Numbered from the stretch's first letter, positions 1 to 9,835 are shown. The stretch is 64,000 nucleotides of DNA from Sedimentisphaerales bacterium (GCA_963666285.1 OY762711.1); one strand, 5' to 3'. Notes: generated from the sequence alone by a model not told the origin. Program-made: numbers and translations.

Positions 1-2993
1 ACACCAACTTTCCACGATTGGGCAGTTGGCGTCTTATCCATATTTATAGCCGTTAAATTACGTCCAGTAGGCACAGATTGCGGGTTGCCCAGCGGATCTC
101 CTCCAGAAGATGGGGCAATATAACCACCTGACAAGGCATTAGCTATGCCTGCCAACTCAAATTCGGTACAATCAAGCAATCCTTTTTCATAATCAGTAAC
201 AGACCTCAATGACTCTCGCAAATCACTAACAGCGTCAATATATTCTTTCTCATCAGCCTCTAACCGCTGAAGATGCTGCTTTACTACCCTAACTGCACGT
301 TCGAGATGCCCCTGCCCCAAACGCAGTATGGCTGCCACAGCCTTATTATCTTTGCCATCCTTCTGCTCGATTTCACCATGTAATTCGATATTATTTGCAT
401 AAAAACCCAAAACCTCAATATTCTGTTTTGTTGTTTCTTTATCCCACTTAGTAACAATATCTGCTAAGACTTTATCATTTGCTGTTGCAAATAACACAGT
501 ACTATTAGCAGGATCACAAGCCTTTGCAATTATCAACTGTTGATTCTCATTATTTTCAACACCTGCTGCGATACTATGCCTATTCTCCATATTTTCTTTA
601 ATCGGGCGGCCGGCTCTCATTGAATGCAATTTCTTTTCATGGTCTTTATTCCATGCTTCCAGCCGAAGAATATCTTCCTCTGGAAGAAATTCCTTCCAGC
701 TAACGTTACCAGACAGTATTTCATTTATAATAAGTTTAGCTTTATCCTTATAAACATTGACCTCAGATTCTTCACTATGGGCCGGTTGTGGGTTGCTGCC
801 GTTATTTGATTTTTCTTTAAGCTTATCAAGAACGGATAAGCTGTGAGCTACAGACTCTACTGCCATGAGCATAGCGGTTTCCCTGGCCTGCTCCGGCTCA
901 TACGACCTTCCCAATACATATAGTCCGCGAGTGATCTTTTCCTGGGCCAGTGAATGCAGATACACATGTATCTTTTCCAGCCGTTCGTCTGTCAATTCAC
1001 TTCCAGCAAAATTTTCCAGCTCCAAATCCTTATCCAGTTCAAGCTCGATTATACCCTGCCTGATACTATTGAGATACTCCGCCTTCAATGCCTCATCCCG
1101 GACATGCTCATATCCTTCAACTGCACTTTCCAGCTCTGACAGCGGCCCGTACAACTCAGATTCCATATAAGGCGGAGTAGTATGGGAAACAATAGCTGCA
1201 TAGCTCCTGCGCTTGGCGATTATCGCTTCACCTATATTATTAATCGTATATACATACGGATGCGGCAGTTCACCAACCAGGGCATCCGCCCAGTCCATAT
1301 CTGATAGAACATTTTGCTTCCACGGTGTAAACTCCAGTGAGCCATGCGTACCAAAATGTATCAAGGCATTAGCCTTAAAGCCTTTCCTCGCCCATAAATA
1401 TCCTGCAATATACGGATGTGGCGGGGCTTGTTTTACGCCATGAACAAGTTTGCTATGATCATCACCAATACCGGGCATAAGCTGGGGCAAAATCACAATA
1501 TTCCCAAACCTGACACGCGGCAATGCTATATATGACTGTCCATCAACCATTGACGACAGGTAATTGCCAGGTGCCGGACCATACTCAGCTTCAACCTGCT
1601 GGTACATCTCCGGCATGAGACTTTCCTGAACCCAACTTAGATAATCCCGGGTTCTAATCAATTCCGGCTGGCCATGCTCCAGGTATCTCTCAAACTCTCC
1701 CCTGGCATAAGGTCCTAGTACCGGGCCTTCATTCTGAATCCTATTTTCAAACTCCTTCACCGTTTCAGGTAAAACACCTGTATCATATCCCTGCTCTTTA
1801 AGATACCTTAGGACATTAAGAAGTGATTCTGCAACTTCCATCCCACTTGCCACAAGAGAGTTACGTCCCGGACCTTTAAAATAAAATATCGCAACCCTCT
1901 TTTCATTGTTTGGAATATTTTTTAATTTCAGCCAGTTGTCAACACGACTCACAAAGGTATCCATTCGATTTTCTATTGGCATAGATACCATCAAACCACG
2001 CTCGTCAGGATATTCAGCAGACACGGCAAATGGCTCAATTCCTCCATCCAGCTCCGGCATCACTATACTCTGGCTCAGCATACCGCCGGACATCCCGTTC
2101 TGACTATTCAACCATTGATCATACGGCTCATGTACATCAATCGGGCACAGAAGCGGAATATTCTGCTGTTTGAACCAATCAATGACAACATCGGTATTAC
2201 CCATCATATTCAACCTGCCATGAGGGAAATATACCGCAAGATCAGGTTTAATGTCTTTTATAAAATCCAACCACTTTTGAAAACCGGCAACAGGGTAGAC
2301 ATTTATATTCTTAGCTTCCAGCTTGTGGATAAGAGTATTTATTGTGTCACGCTTTGACGATCTTGGGCCTATAATTGATGTAAGTAAACATACCTTGGGG
2401 CCTCCTGCCTTGAACACTCCCTTTTCTTTATAGTATTTCTCATACTCTTCAACTGATGAATAGAAAGCATCCGTCTCCAAATGAAAAAGGGTATCCATTG
2501 GTATAATTTCAGCACCCTGCACTTCACTGCTAAATGCGGTTTTTCCATCAAACTCTACCCTGCAATAATTAAAAAGCCTGGCAGTGTTCTTTTTACCGCC
2601 ATTTTCCAGGTAGGATTCTACCTGTGCTATCTGCTCAGATGTCAAATTGGTAAACTGATCATCTTTGTTTGTAGATGAATGAATATATACCTTTGCACCA
2701 TCTTTTATACAGAATTTAATATGATCTGCCTGATGCTCATCAAGCCTTAGCCCCATACCAAATATAAGGGTCACTGCATAATCAGATAAATCCGTATCAG
2801 CAATTTCAGTTTTTTCCAGTCGATCTATTTTTATAAAGCTGCTGTCAAGCGAATCAAGCATCTGAGCATATTGAAAATCACGAAAATTGATTACAGCAAT
2901 ATGTGTGGCAGAAAAATACTTATTCCATACATACAGCAAAACCAATAATACTATTATTATGCCGGCAATTAGCTTGCGATTTTTTTTAATCAT
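1..2993 (-). CDS. cobN: CobN/Mg-chelatase H-family protein, HmuS-like (candidate heme de-chelatase); runs off the left edge
   Basis: Not in the ORF track because no stop falls in the window. Translation from the ATG at 2993 gives MIKKNRKLIAGIIIVLLVLLYVW (N-terminal TM anchor), then the CobN/BchH motifs MPELDGGIEP, ALIHFGTHGSLEFTPWKQ and GEAIIAKRRSYAAIVSHTTPP. It sits next to DUF2149 and MotA/TolQ genes, as in Bacteroidota hmu operons. Confidence 0.9.
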   Translation of the reverse strand, partial: MIKKNRKLIAGIIIVLLVLLYVWNKYFSATHIAVINFRDFQYAQMLDSLDSSFIKIDRLEKTEIADTDLSDYAVTLIFGMGLRLDEHQADHIKFCIKDGAKVYIHSSTNKDDQFTNLTSEQIAQVESYLENGGKKNTARLFNYCRVEFDGKTAFSSEVQGAEIIPMDTLFHLETDAFYSSVEEYEKYYKEKGVFKAGGPKVCLLTSIIGPRSSKRDTINTLIHKLEAKNINVYPVAGFQKWLDFIKDIKPDLAVYFPHGRLNMMGNTDVVIDWFKQQNIPLLCPIDVHEPYDQWLNSQNGMSGGMLSQSIVMPELDGGIEPFAVSAEYPDERGLMVSMPIENRMDTFVSRVDNWLKLKNIPNNEKRVAIFYFKGPGRNSLVASGMEVAESLLNVLRYLKEQGYDTGVLPETVKEFENRIQNEGPVLGPYARGEFERYLEHGQPELIRTRDYLSWVQESLMPEMYQQVEAEYGPAPGNYLSSMVDGQSYIALPRVRFGNIVILPQLMPGIGDDHSKLVHGVKQAPPHPYIAGYLWARKGFKANALIHFGTHGSLEFTPWKQNVLSDMDWADALVGELPHPYVYTINNIGEAIIAKRRSYAAIVSHTTPPYMESELYGPLSELESAVEGYEHVRDEALKAEYLNSIRQGIIELELDKDLELENFAGSELTDERLEKIHVYLHSLAQEKITRGLYVLGRSYEPEQARETAMLMAVESVAHSLSVLDKLKEKSNNGSNPQPAHSEESEVNVYKDKAKLIINEILSGNVSWKEFLPEEDILRLEAWNKDHEKKLHSMRAGRPIKENMENRHSIAAGVENNENQQLIIAKACDPANSTVLFATANDKVLADIVTKWDKETTKQNIEVLGFYANNIELHGEIEQKDGKDNKAVAAILRLGQGHLERAVRVVKQHLQRLEADEKEYIDAVSDLRESLRSVTDYEKGLLDCTEFELAGIANALSGGYIAPSSGGDPLGNPQSVPTGRNLTAINMDKTPTAQSWKVG

Positions 2994-2997
2994 TATT

Positions 2998-3342
2998 CTA
3001 CTTACTTTCCTCATGCAAAGTTTCCGGAACATATATTATCTGCCCGTTATCTAATTCATAGGCAATTCCAATACGCCTGCCCTGGCCTTCACCCTGGCCC
3101 TGGGCTGCTTTGTATTGGGTAATTTCATTGCCCTTTTTAACAATTATCTCCATATCGTCTTTACCGGGATTTTTAACCATGGTAACATCTTCCTGGGTAA
3201 ACATCTCTGTCATCTTAAAATTTACCACCATAGCAACCATTAATGCTACCGCAAATACCATGGCAATATCAAAAAGATTTGCCATGCCGGACAACGGATC
3301 ATCATCATGATCATCAAGCACAAAGACATTTTTTCTTTTCAT
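2998..3342 (-). CDS. DUF2149 family protein (HmuV-like)
   Basis: DDDPLSGMANLFDIAMVFAVAL...VKNPGKDDMEII...GRRIGIAYELDNGQIIYVPE. Start placed at MKRKN (3342). Confidence 0.88.
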   Translation of the reverse strand: MKRKNVFVLDDHDDDPLSGMANLFDIAMVFAVALMVAMVVNFKMTEMFTQEDVTMVKNPGKDDMEIIVKKGNEITQYKAAQGQGEGQGRRIGIAYELDNGQIIYVPETLHEESK

Positions 3343-3934
3343 TTCGCTGCTCCTGTGATAATTCAAATAAATATGCCAATATCGCATAATCTCTTTTGCT
3401 CCATTGACTTTTAGTCAATTGAACAATAAAACCGACGCCTCCGATAAATACACCTATAACAGTTGTTGAAAAAGCCACCTGCATATTGGTTGCCATTGAT
3501 GCTATATCACCAGAAGCAAGACCGGCCAATGCCGGCCCCATAGGAATAAGCGTTCCCATCAGACCAAGCATCGGACCGGTCCGCATCAAAGTTTTTGGCA
3601 TCTTCAGTTCATCACCGACAGCAATTTCAAAGTCACTCAACACCTTTGCCCCATGAATGGAATGCCAGTCACATTCAACTAATTTCTTAACATGACCGGA
3701 AAATAAATCCTTGTGCTGGATAACATTACCATAATCCAGTTTTTCTACAGGATTATCGGCTGCTTCAGCCAGCAATCGTCTTACGTGTTTACTCCATCGT
3801 AATCTGACAGCATAATGTCCGTATAAATCGCCAAGCATCAATAACGAATATCCTAAAGCTATCAAAATTAAAACTATGACCGGGATCATCATCCCGGAAG
3901 ATATCCAGTATAATAGAGTTGTCAATATATTCAT
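3314..3934 (-). CDS. MotA/TolQ/ExbB proton-channel family protein (HmuU-like)
   Basis: GPMLGLMGTLIPMGPALAGLASGDI...MQVAFSTTVIG signature; overlaps the DUF2149 gene. Confidence 0.9.
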   Translation of the reverse strand: MNILTTLLYWISSGMMIPVIVLILIALGYSLLMLGDLYGHYAVRLRWSKHVRRLLAEAADNPVEKLDYGNVIQHKDLFSGHVKKLVECDWHSIHGAKVLSDFEIAVGDELKMPKTLMRTGPMLGLMGTLIPMGPALAGLASGDIASMATNMQVAFSTTVIGVFIGGVGFIVQLTKSQWSKRDYAILAYLFELSQEQRNEKKKCLCA

Positions 3935-3940
3935 TTACTT

Positions 3941-4642
3941 TTACTCCTGAGAAGCAGTTTTAACATAACTCGATATAAAAATTCTTATAAAATACGCTGC
4001 TACCAAAATAATAGTCATAGCCGATATGCAAAAAATGAAATCCCGACCCAAGTTGTGATCATATGAATTAGCAATGCTCATCCTTCCACTGACAATCAGC
4101 GGCAAAAACATGGCAATTACGATTTGAACAAAAGCAAGAATCAAAACTATATCCAGCCTGAATTGCCAGCTTAACACAACAAAACGCAGCAGTAGATGAA
4201 ACAATAAAAGAGCAATCAGGGCTCCCGCCAATGACACAAAAGCAAGCAGCCCTAATTGCCAGCCGGATATACAGTTCAACATATATACCAGCCCGATATA
4301 CAAACCTATTATTCCACTGACAGAAGGACACATTACAATAATTTTACTAAAAGTCACCTTCTTATTATTTGAATGATCTGCCAAAAGCCTGGCTGCTAAC
4401 AGTAATATTGAAACAGACTCCGCAATAACAATAATTCCAACATTTACCAGGCTGTCATAATTATTCATAAAGTCAGTTACATCCTGGATATTCATTCTAA
4501 TAGCAGCAGAATACATGCTTCCTACTGCAAGAATTGTAAAAATAACAGCAAGACAGCCATTCAGTGTTTTTTCAAACAGACTAAACTTTATTGCCATATT
4601 TATTGTGCCTGCAAACAGCAGAATAACTAAAAATAACCACAT
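3941..4642 (-). CDS. Polytopic inner-membrane protein (HmuT-like by position)
   Basis: About 7 hydrophobic segments; lies immediately upstream of the hmuU/hmuV-like genes. Confidence 0.65.
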   Translation of the reverse strand: MWLFLVILLFAGTINMAIKFSLFEKTLNGCLAVIFTILAVGSMYSAAIRMNIQDVTDFMNNYDSLVNVGIIVIAESVSILLLAARLLADHSNNKKVTFSKIIVMCPSVSGIIGLYIGLVYMLNCISGWQLGLLAFVSLAGALIALLLFHLLLRFVVLSWQFRLDIVLILAFVQIVIAMFLPLIVSGRMSIANSYDHNLGRDFIFCISAMTIILVAAYFIRIFISSYVKTASQE

Positions 4643-4669
4643 AACTCTGTACCTTGCTCAAATATTTCT

Positions 4670-5611
4670 TTAATTCCTGCCTACTATATGAAGATAATCT
4701 GATATGGAAGAGTCAAAACATCTGTATTTATCATGTGTAATAGTAATATTCCTGCTCATAGCTTTCTCTTTTTTACTCATTACCAGATTACCGCTATCAC
4801 TTAATATAATTATCCTCTCATTAGTACCAGGCATTCTTCTTTGCAGTCTGGCCGGCGTTCCGGCACTATGCATAACATGGCCAGAACCGCAAATGACAAC
4901 AGATACCACATTATCAACTTTATTGTCATTTATCGCAGCTGCCAGCGAATCAGCCATAGTTTCATCCCGGCAAACCTGCGCTGCATACATCCTTTCCAGC
5001 ATTCCCTTATCATCTCTCACGTGAGCCATAACAAACATTAGCTCCTTCAGATACTTTTTATACGGACTCTCAGAAAAGTCTAGATCGTCAGGAAGCTCGG
5101 CCCGTTCTTTTTCACTCAACTTTTCAATGCCAAACCGTGCAACAGACCTAACGATCTCTTTTCCGGCATTCAATCCGATAATCTTACCACCGGAATCATG
5201 CACTGCTTCCACAATATCACGATAATCCAGATAGTTACTCCACATTGAGGGCCAATCCACTTTAGCAGCCAATGTGTCAAAATCTATTTCGCCACGATTG
5301 TATTTATCAATTACCGGTTGAGACCGTCTTTCCAACTGCTCCATACCTAATATGATTTGTTTACCTTTATCTGCCAGACTCATAACTATTTCAAGCTGAA
5401 TCTCATGATGAAGGTCTATTGTATGCTTCTCTCCAAGATATATTACATCCGCAGTTGAAATATCAGTTATCATATCTGTATAAGACACCGGCTCACCACG
5501 ATATACATCAACCCATGTATCACATTTTGAATTGCACAACCCTCTCATATTACACCCCGAAGAAAACATAACCAATAAAGACAATAACTGTATATACAAA
5601 ATTCTTTTCAT
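4670..5611 (-). CDS. ChaN-family (heme-binding, EreA/ChaN fold) lipoprotein
   Basis: Lipobox FSSGC after MKRILY; motifs DVIYLGEKH, LGMEQ, AQVCRDETMA, VICGSGH. Confidence 0.85.
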   Translation of the reverse strand: MKRILYIQLLSLLVMFSSGCNMRGLCNSKCDTWVDVYRGEPVSYTDMITDISTADVIYLGEKHTIDLHHEIQLEIVMSLADKGKQIILGMEQLERRSQPVIDKYNRGEIDFDTLAAKVDWPSMWSNYLDYRDIVEAVHDSGGKIIGLNAGKEIVRSVARFGIEKLSEKERAELPDDLDFSESPYKKYLKELMFVMAHVRDDKGMLERMYAAQVCRDETMADSLAAAINDNKVDNVVSVVICGSGHVMHSAGTPARLQRRMPGTNERIIILSDSGNLVMSKKEKAMSRNITITHDKYRCFDSSISDYLHIVGRN

Positions 5612-5682
5612 TTCCGCTTCTTTCAACTTACGAGTAATATATTTTTGACAATATTCAATAGCAAATACTACCAGCCGACATT

Positions 5683-6495
5683 TCAATAACCAGGCCCCCA
5701 TAAAAGTCTGTTTTCTTCTGAATCGGGTAAAGATAATTCCTCCCAATACATATAATTTTGACTTTTAAGAGTGTCAGGGGCTTCAACTTTTTCCGCATCT
5801 ATTCCTTTAACTCGTTCAACATGACCGTCTACAAACATGATATTCATGCCATTATTATGATAAAAACCACTGGTATAGCGATGATGCCCTTGATAGTCAG
5901 GATTATACTTTTTAAGCTTTTTGTTATACATATCATAAACCTGGCCATAATAGCTTGTCTCCATCATAAGCATACATTCACTGCCAAAACGAATCTGGCT
6001 TATCTTGTACCCGCCTGCCGGGCCAAACTTCAGTTCAGGGCTACTGCCGGACCAGCCACTACCGGATGATGCTACCTTATGATACCCATTCATCGCATAG
6101 CTGGTATATTTTTGACCATGCGGCGACAAACCTAACGGATACGGGTCTTTATCAGACGGGCAAAACCATAATTCCGCGGGTTCTTCAAATGAACCTTCCA
6201 AGTCATTTTTATTTTCACCAATATACGGCAGCAAAGACCATATCCACGGTTCACTGCCTTCATCGTCAGACATCACCAGCCGGGCTGTTGGAATCTGGTC
6301 GTCATTATCAATAGAGTAGGTATTAAAAGCCACCGATATCTGTTTCATACCAGAAGCACACACAATTGCCCTCGCCTGCCCTCTTGCCTTATTTAAAGCA
6401 GGCATTAATATTGACACCAGCAATGCAATAATCGAAATCACTACCAGTAATTCAATCAAGGTAAAGCCGCTCTTTTTTATTTTATCTACCATCAT
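5683..6495 (-). CDS. Prepilin-type N-terminal cleavage/methylation protein with H-X9-DG motif (DUF1559-like)
   Basis: GFTLIELLVVISIIALLVSILMPAL; WFCPSD; HNNGMNIMFVDGHV. Confidence 0.92.
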   Translation of the reverse strand: MMVDKIKKSGFTLIELLVVISIIALLVSILMPALNKARGQARAIVCASGMKQISVAFNTYSIDNDDQIPTARLVMSDDEGSEPWIWSLLPYIGENKNDLEGSFEEPAELWFCPSDKDPYPLGLSPHGQKYTSYAMNGYHKVASSGSGWSGSSPELKFGPAGGYKISQIRFGSECMLMMETSYYGQVYDMYNKKLKKYNPDYQGHHRYTSGFYHNNGMNIMFVDGHVERVKGIDAEKVEAPDTLKSQNYMYWEELSLPDSEENRLLWGPGY

Positions 6496-6530
6496 CTAAA
6501 GCACCTGTTTTCTATGACAACTAATCATTT

Positions 6531-6697
6531 AGGGTACTTCTAGAAATTGCTTTTGTTGCGAAAGTGAGGAGTTTTGTTTGCCGGCAAGAAAGATAAAATC
6601 GTGCATGCATATTGGCCATATTCGCGGTTTTATCTGACGCAGATCAGCAAGCAAAAGATCCATCTTTCGCTAAAAATGAATTTTTAGAGGTGTCCTT
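6531..6697. repeat. About 167-bp palindromic MITE/REP-like element
   Basis: Terminal inverted repeats AGGGTACTTCTAGAAATT / AATTTTTAGAGGTGTCCT match at 14/18 positions, and the mismatches are G-U compatible. Nested inner stems: GCGAAAG/CTTTCGC, TTTTGTTTGC/GCAAGCAAAA, AGATAAAATCGTG/CGCGGTTTTATCT. Confidence 0.75.
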
Positions 6698-8213
6698 TAT
6701 ATATATAATTCGACTTCATTAGCCACATTTGCGACAATCTCGCTATATCAGACTGATCAACATATTCACTTCCATCGCAATCCCCTGCCAAACTATCAGC
6801 ATCCAGTAGCCAGTTATTAGAAATAATCGCAAAATCAATCAAGTTAACATAACCATCCATATCAATATCTTCTGTATAACGCAACGGTCCCTCCGGCAAG
6901 TCAATATCCAATGCCGTAAAAACTGAAACAGAATCAAGCCATGGCTCGTCACCAGAAATAACAAAGCCTGCCTTGACTAGACCCGGATTTTTATCAAAAC
7001 GAAATACTTTAGTCGTTCTATACCAGGTATTCTCATACTGGCCGTTGCCGATCTTATGAACTTCAAAATCAAGTGGAGTAATGTCAACCGCACCGTCAAC
7101 TAAAATATTAACATTTCCGCCATCATACCAGTCACACTGAACAAGAACTGTCAGTTCTCCAGACTCAGAACCGGTCGGGATTGTTGCGGTCAACTCATAT
7201 TCCGAATATGAAAGTGCACTATTATACGACCCCGAACTGTTGGGATCTCTAAACACCCCTCCGTATACTCCATCCACCCATGCAGGCTGATAATCATTTG
7301 GCTCTGACTGATCCGGAAACGGATGCCAGGCCAAAAACGGGTTAATCACATCCACTCCATTAAAATCTAACTCCTCCTGCCAGACTATATTTGGATCACC
7401 ATATTCATTCTCTACTTTGCCATCCGGAAGCATCCCCTGATCACACCGCCCTGCACTGGCACTCATAAGCCATTGCTGATAAGTACATCCTGCCTTGTCC
7501 TCCATGGAAGGAACCCACGCATCACCAAAACCATCTTTTTTCTCTGTTATTATTAATGCAGGCGTTATCGAATGCGGCTTAGGAATTACCCCAAGCTCAT
7601 CTGCCGAACTGGAATAAAAACCCGTATGCTGGTTATCATACGAATTTAAAGCCCCTTCATCCTCTCGACCGGTTATTGCTATACCAAGATTTTCCAGGCC
7701 GTCAGAACCGTCAGATTGCTTATACAAAATCCATTGATTAACCAGCTCGGTTACATCCCAGTAACAAACACCGTCCTGATATACCATAACACTGCCATAG
7801 GAATTAAGTATATGATTTTCTTCAACATAAAATTTCTTAGGTGATACCTTTCCATTTTTTATTTCCATAACATCCAGATCAACATTATGAACAGTTACCT
7901 TTATAGGCCTGGACGCACCACTACCCATACTCCCCGCAGGCCCTGACACCATCTTCAGCCATGCGCTGCCAACAGTATCATCTGGCAATTCGCCGGAATC
8001 AATCCTGATAAACAGCAATGTTTCATAACTTACCGGCCCATCACCAAAATCCAGCTTGGCATATGCATTAGATGTCAATAAATAATCACGCCCGGAAAAC
8101 ACATACTGCGACATTGGTGTATAAAAGTCACAATCAACTTCTATGGCATAAGAAGCCATGCAGCTAACTCCTGCCAGCATTAAAACCAGCATACCTTTTA
8201 ATATATTATCCAT
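6684..8213 (-). CDS. Secreted protein: DNRLRE/CBM96-like N-terminal domain, unknown middle domain, C-terminal dockerin-like repeat
   Basis: Signal peptide; WDVTELVNQW...NLGIAI...FYSS...PALII pattern; tail DIDMDGYVNLIDFAIISNNWL...GDCDGSEYVDQSDIARLSQMWL. Confidence 0.75.
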   Translation of the reverse strand: MDNILKGMLVLMLAGVSCMASYAIEVDCDFYTPMSQYVFSGRDYLLTSNAYAKLDFGDGPVSYETLLFIRIDSGELPDDTVGSAWLKMVSGPAGSMGSGASRPIKVTVHNVDLDVMEIKNGKVSPKKFYVEENHILNSYGSVMVYQDGVCYWDVTELVNQWILYKQSDGSDGLENLGIAITGREDEGALNSYDNQHTGFYSSSADELGVIPKPHSITPALIITEKKDGFGDAWVPSMEDKAGCTYQQWLMSASAGRCDQGMLPDGKVENEYGDPNIVWQEELDFNGVDVINPFLAWHPFPDQSEPNDYQPAWVDGVYGGVFRDPNSSGSYNSALSYSEYELTATIPTGSESGELTVLVQCDWYDGGNVNILVDGAVDITPLDFEVHKIGNGQYENTWYRTTKVFRFDKNPGLVKAGFVISGDEPWLDSVSVFTALDIDLPEGPLRYTEDIDMDGYVNLIDFAIISNNWLLDADSLAGDCDGSEYVDQSDIARLSQMWLMKSNYIYKGHL

Positions 8214-8232
8214 GATACATTTCCTGTATATT

Positions 8233-8265
8233 GCCGCCCCCTGCTATTGTAAAGCAGAGAGCGGC
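8233..8265 (-). other. Intergenic stem-loop after the PEP-CTERM gene (possible mRNA-stabilising hairpin)
   Basis: GCCGCCCCCTGCT...AGCAGAGAGCGGC imperfect inverted repeat with no clear U-tract. Confidence 0.45.
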
Positions 8266-8285
8266 TATAATTTTATTGCCTATGT

Positions 8286-8975
8286 TTATTTACGCCTTCT
8301 CAACGCAGCCAAACCGCCAAGCCCCAGCATCGCCAGTGTAGCAGGCTCTGGTACTGTAACGTCTGAAATATACGGCACAACTCCATCTGCACTGCCAAAA
8401 CTGGCAAACTTCGCTCCGGCACTGGAAAGGATAAGACCATTATTAACTCCACCTGCAGCCCAAAGATTATAAATATCAGTTATTTCAACACTGCACAATC
8501 CTTCGGCGTCAACAATCAATGTCGCTATCGGGGAAAGTGATAATGTCGCATCTTTCACCGCTGCTAAATCTGACTGAGTTGAAACACCTCTGACAAGAGA
8601 TGCCACATCGGAAGGAGCAGCATATACATCTAAGGTGTAGGGAAAACCAGAAGAACCCATTCCACCGGAAACAGGCAGCTGATCCAGAACCAGATAAGCA
8701 GAAGTTGCTGCCTCACTGCCGCTGCTGAATTTCACCCAGGCAAAACCCCACATATCTTCACCGTTCGCACCGCCATCCAATGGCTGAGTCAAAAAATAAT
8801 CCTTTAGATTACTTGTTGAATCAGAAGTATTTGAATACAAACCCATACCACCTCCCATAAAAGTATAGCCGGTTACCTGGCAATCTCCTTCAAGAGCAGC
8901 AGCACTAACACCTGTTACAAAAGACAACATACTTGTCAAAATCGCAGCCAACATCATAAAACATTTCTTCTTCAT
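8286..8975 (-). CDS. PEP-CTERM surface protein, homologous to the N-terminal domain of the next gene
   Basis: Signal peptide; C-terminal VPEPATLAMLGLGGLAALRRRK. Confidence 0.92.
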   Translation of the reverse strand: MKKKCFMMLAAILTSMLSFVTGVSAAALEGDCQVTGYTFMGGGMGLYSNTSDSTSNLKDYFLTQPLDGGANGEDMWGFAWVKFSSGSEAATSAYLVLDQLPVSGGMGSSGFPYTLDVYAAPSDVASLVRGVSTQSDLAAVKDATLSLSPIATLIVDAEGLCSVEITDIYNLWAAGGVNNGLILSSAGAKFASFGSADGVVPYISDVTVPEPATLAMLGLGGLAALRRRK

Positions 8976-9008
8976 TTTTTTCTCCAGAATAAAAAATTAT
9001 CTTCTTTT

Positions 9009-9031
9009 TATGTTTTCACTGTGAAAACATA
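9009..9031. promoter_or_regulatory. Perfect 11-1-11 palindrome, candidate operator
   Basis: TATGTTTTCAC-T-GTGAAAACATA, about 35 bp upstream of the PEP-CTERM start. Confidence 0.45.
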
Positions 9032-9060
9032 GCACATATTCATTCAGCAAAATCGTGCAC

Positions 9061-9116
9061 AAAAAAAAAGGAGCAACAGATACTCGGCATTTAATACCGT
9101 TTTATCCATTGCTCCC
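9061..9116 (-). terminator. Long hairpin plus U-tract inside the operon leader (intrinsic terminator/attenuator)
   Basis: Minus strand reads GGAGCAA-TGGATA-AAA-CGGTATT-AA-ATGCCG-AG-TATC-TG-TTGCTCC followed by T9. Confidence 0.75.
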
Positions 9117-9171
9117 TTGCTGACTTATTTCGTTTGCTTGGTAGCTTGATTTATTTTAACTTATCAACTCA

Positions 9172-9336
9172 TTACTTATTCATTACCAGTTTCTCATTTT
9201 TTGTAATACGCAACCTGTATTGCTCCTCGTGATATCTGATTATTATTTCATTACTATCACCAAACAGTTCTTTAGCGTCATATTCCTTTTTCACTTTGCA
9301 GTTTTTTATATCAGTTTTTTTACTTGAGTTTTCCAT
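9172..9336 (-). CDS. hemP: Hemin uptake protein HemP/HmuP (54 aa, below the ORF-track cutoff)
   Basis: MENSSKKTDIKNCKVKKEYDAKELFGDSNEIIIRYHEEQYRLRITKNEKLVMNK*. It matches the HemP pattern LF...E+.I.H....Y.LR.T+..KL++.K. Confidence 0.85.
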   Translation of the reverse strand: MENSSKKTDIKNCKVKKEYDAKELFGDSNEIIIRYHEEQYRLRITKNEKLVMNK

Positions 9337-9394
9337 TTAGGACTATCCAATTTTTTAAGCTTATTTCAATTTACCTTCTGCTTGAAACTCAATA

Positions 9395-9835
9395 TCAGGC
9401 CACTATATTGTCGTATTCCTGCTTAAATTTCTCAATCAAATCAGTCGATTCAGATTGTATCATTTCTGTAAAGCACACCAACCGGTCAACTAACTCATCT
9501 CCAACATTATGTTCTACACGGCATGCCGCCTTATCTGCAATATCCTGACCAATTCCTAAAATATCTGTAAAAAAATTCTTAAGCACTTGATGTTTATGCG
9601 CTATAGAACTGGCACGCTTCATTCCTTCTTCAGTCAAGGTAATCAACTGGTATGGAGCATAGTTAATATATCCGGCCTTCTGCAGATTCTGTAATGCCCC
9701 GGTTACCGTTCCAGCTTTTACATTGAGACTCTCGGCAATATCTTTTGCCTGAGCAGCTCCTCTTCGGGTTACGGCAAAAAATATCGCCTCAAGGTAATCT
9801 TCCATACTCGCTGATATACTATGTTTTTTCTTCAT
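9395..9835 (-). CDS. DtxR/MntR-family metal-dependent repressor
   Basis: SMEDYLEAI, HTH (AKDIAESLNVKAGTVT), LTEEG...HKH...ACRVEH. Confidence 0.93.
   Translation of the reverse strand: MKKKHSISASMEDYLEAIFFAVTRRGAAQAKDIAESLNVKAGTVTGALQNLQKAGYINYAPYQLITLTEEGMKRASSIAHKHQVLKNFFTDILGIGQDIADKAACRVEHNVGDELVDRLVCFTEMIQSESTDLIEKFKQEYDNIVA

Noticed and set aside
624..2678. Short ORFs listed in the first 2.7 kb
   Set aside because: They are antisense or out-of-frame shadows of the cobN-like gene.
8976..9394. Cobalamin riboswitch upstream of the cobN-like operon
   Set aside because: I see no B12-box or other conserved riboswitch core. The space is explained by hemP, a terminator hairpin and a palindrome.
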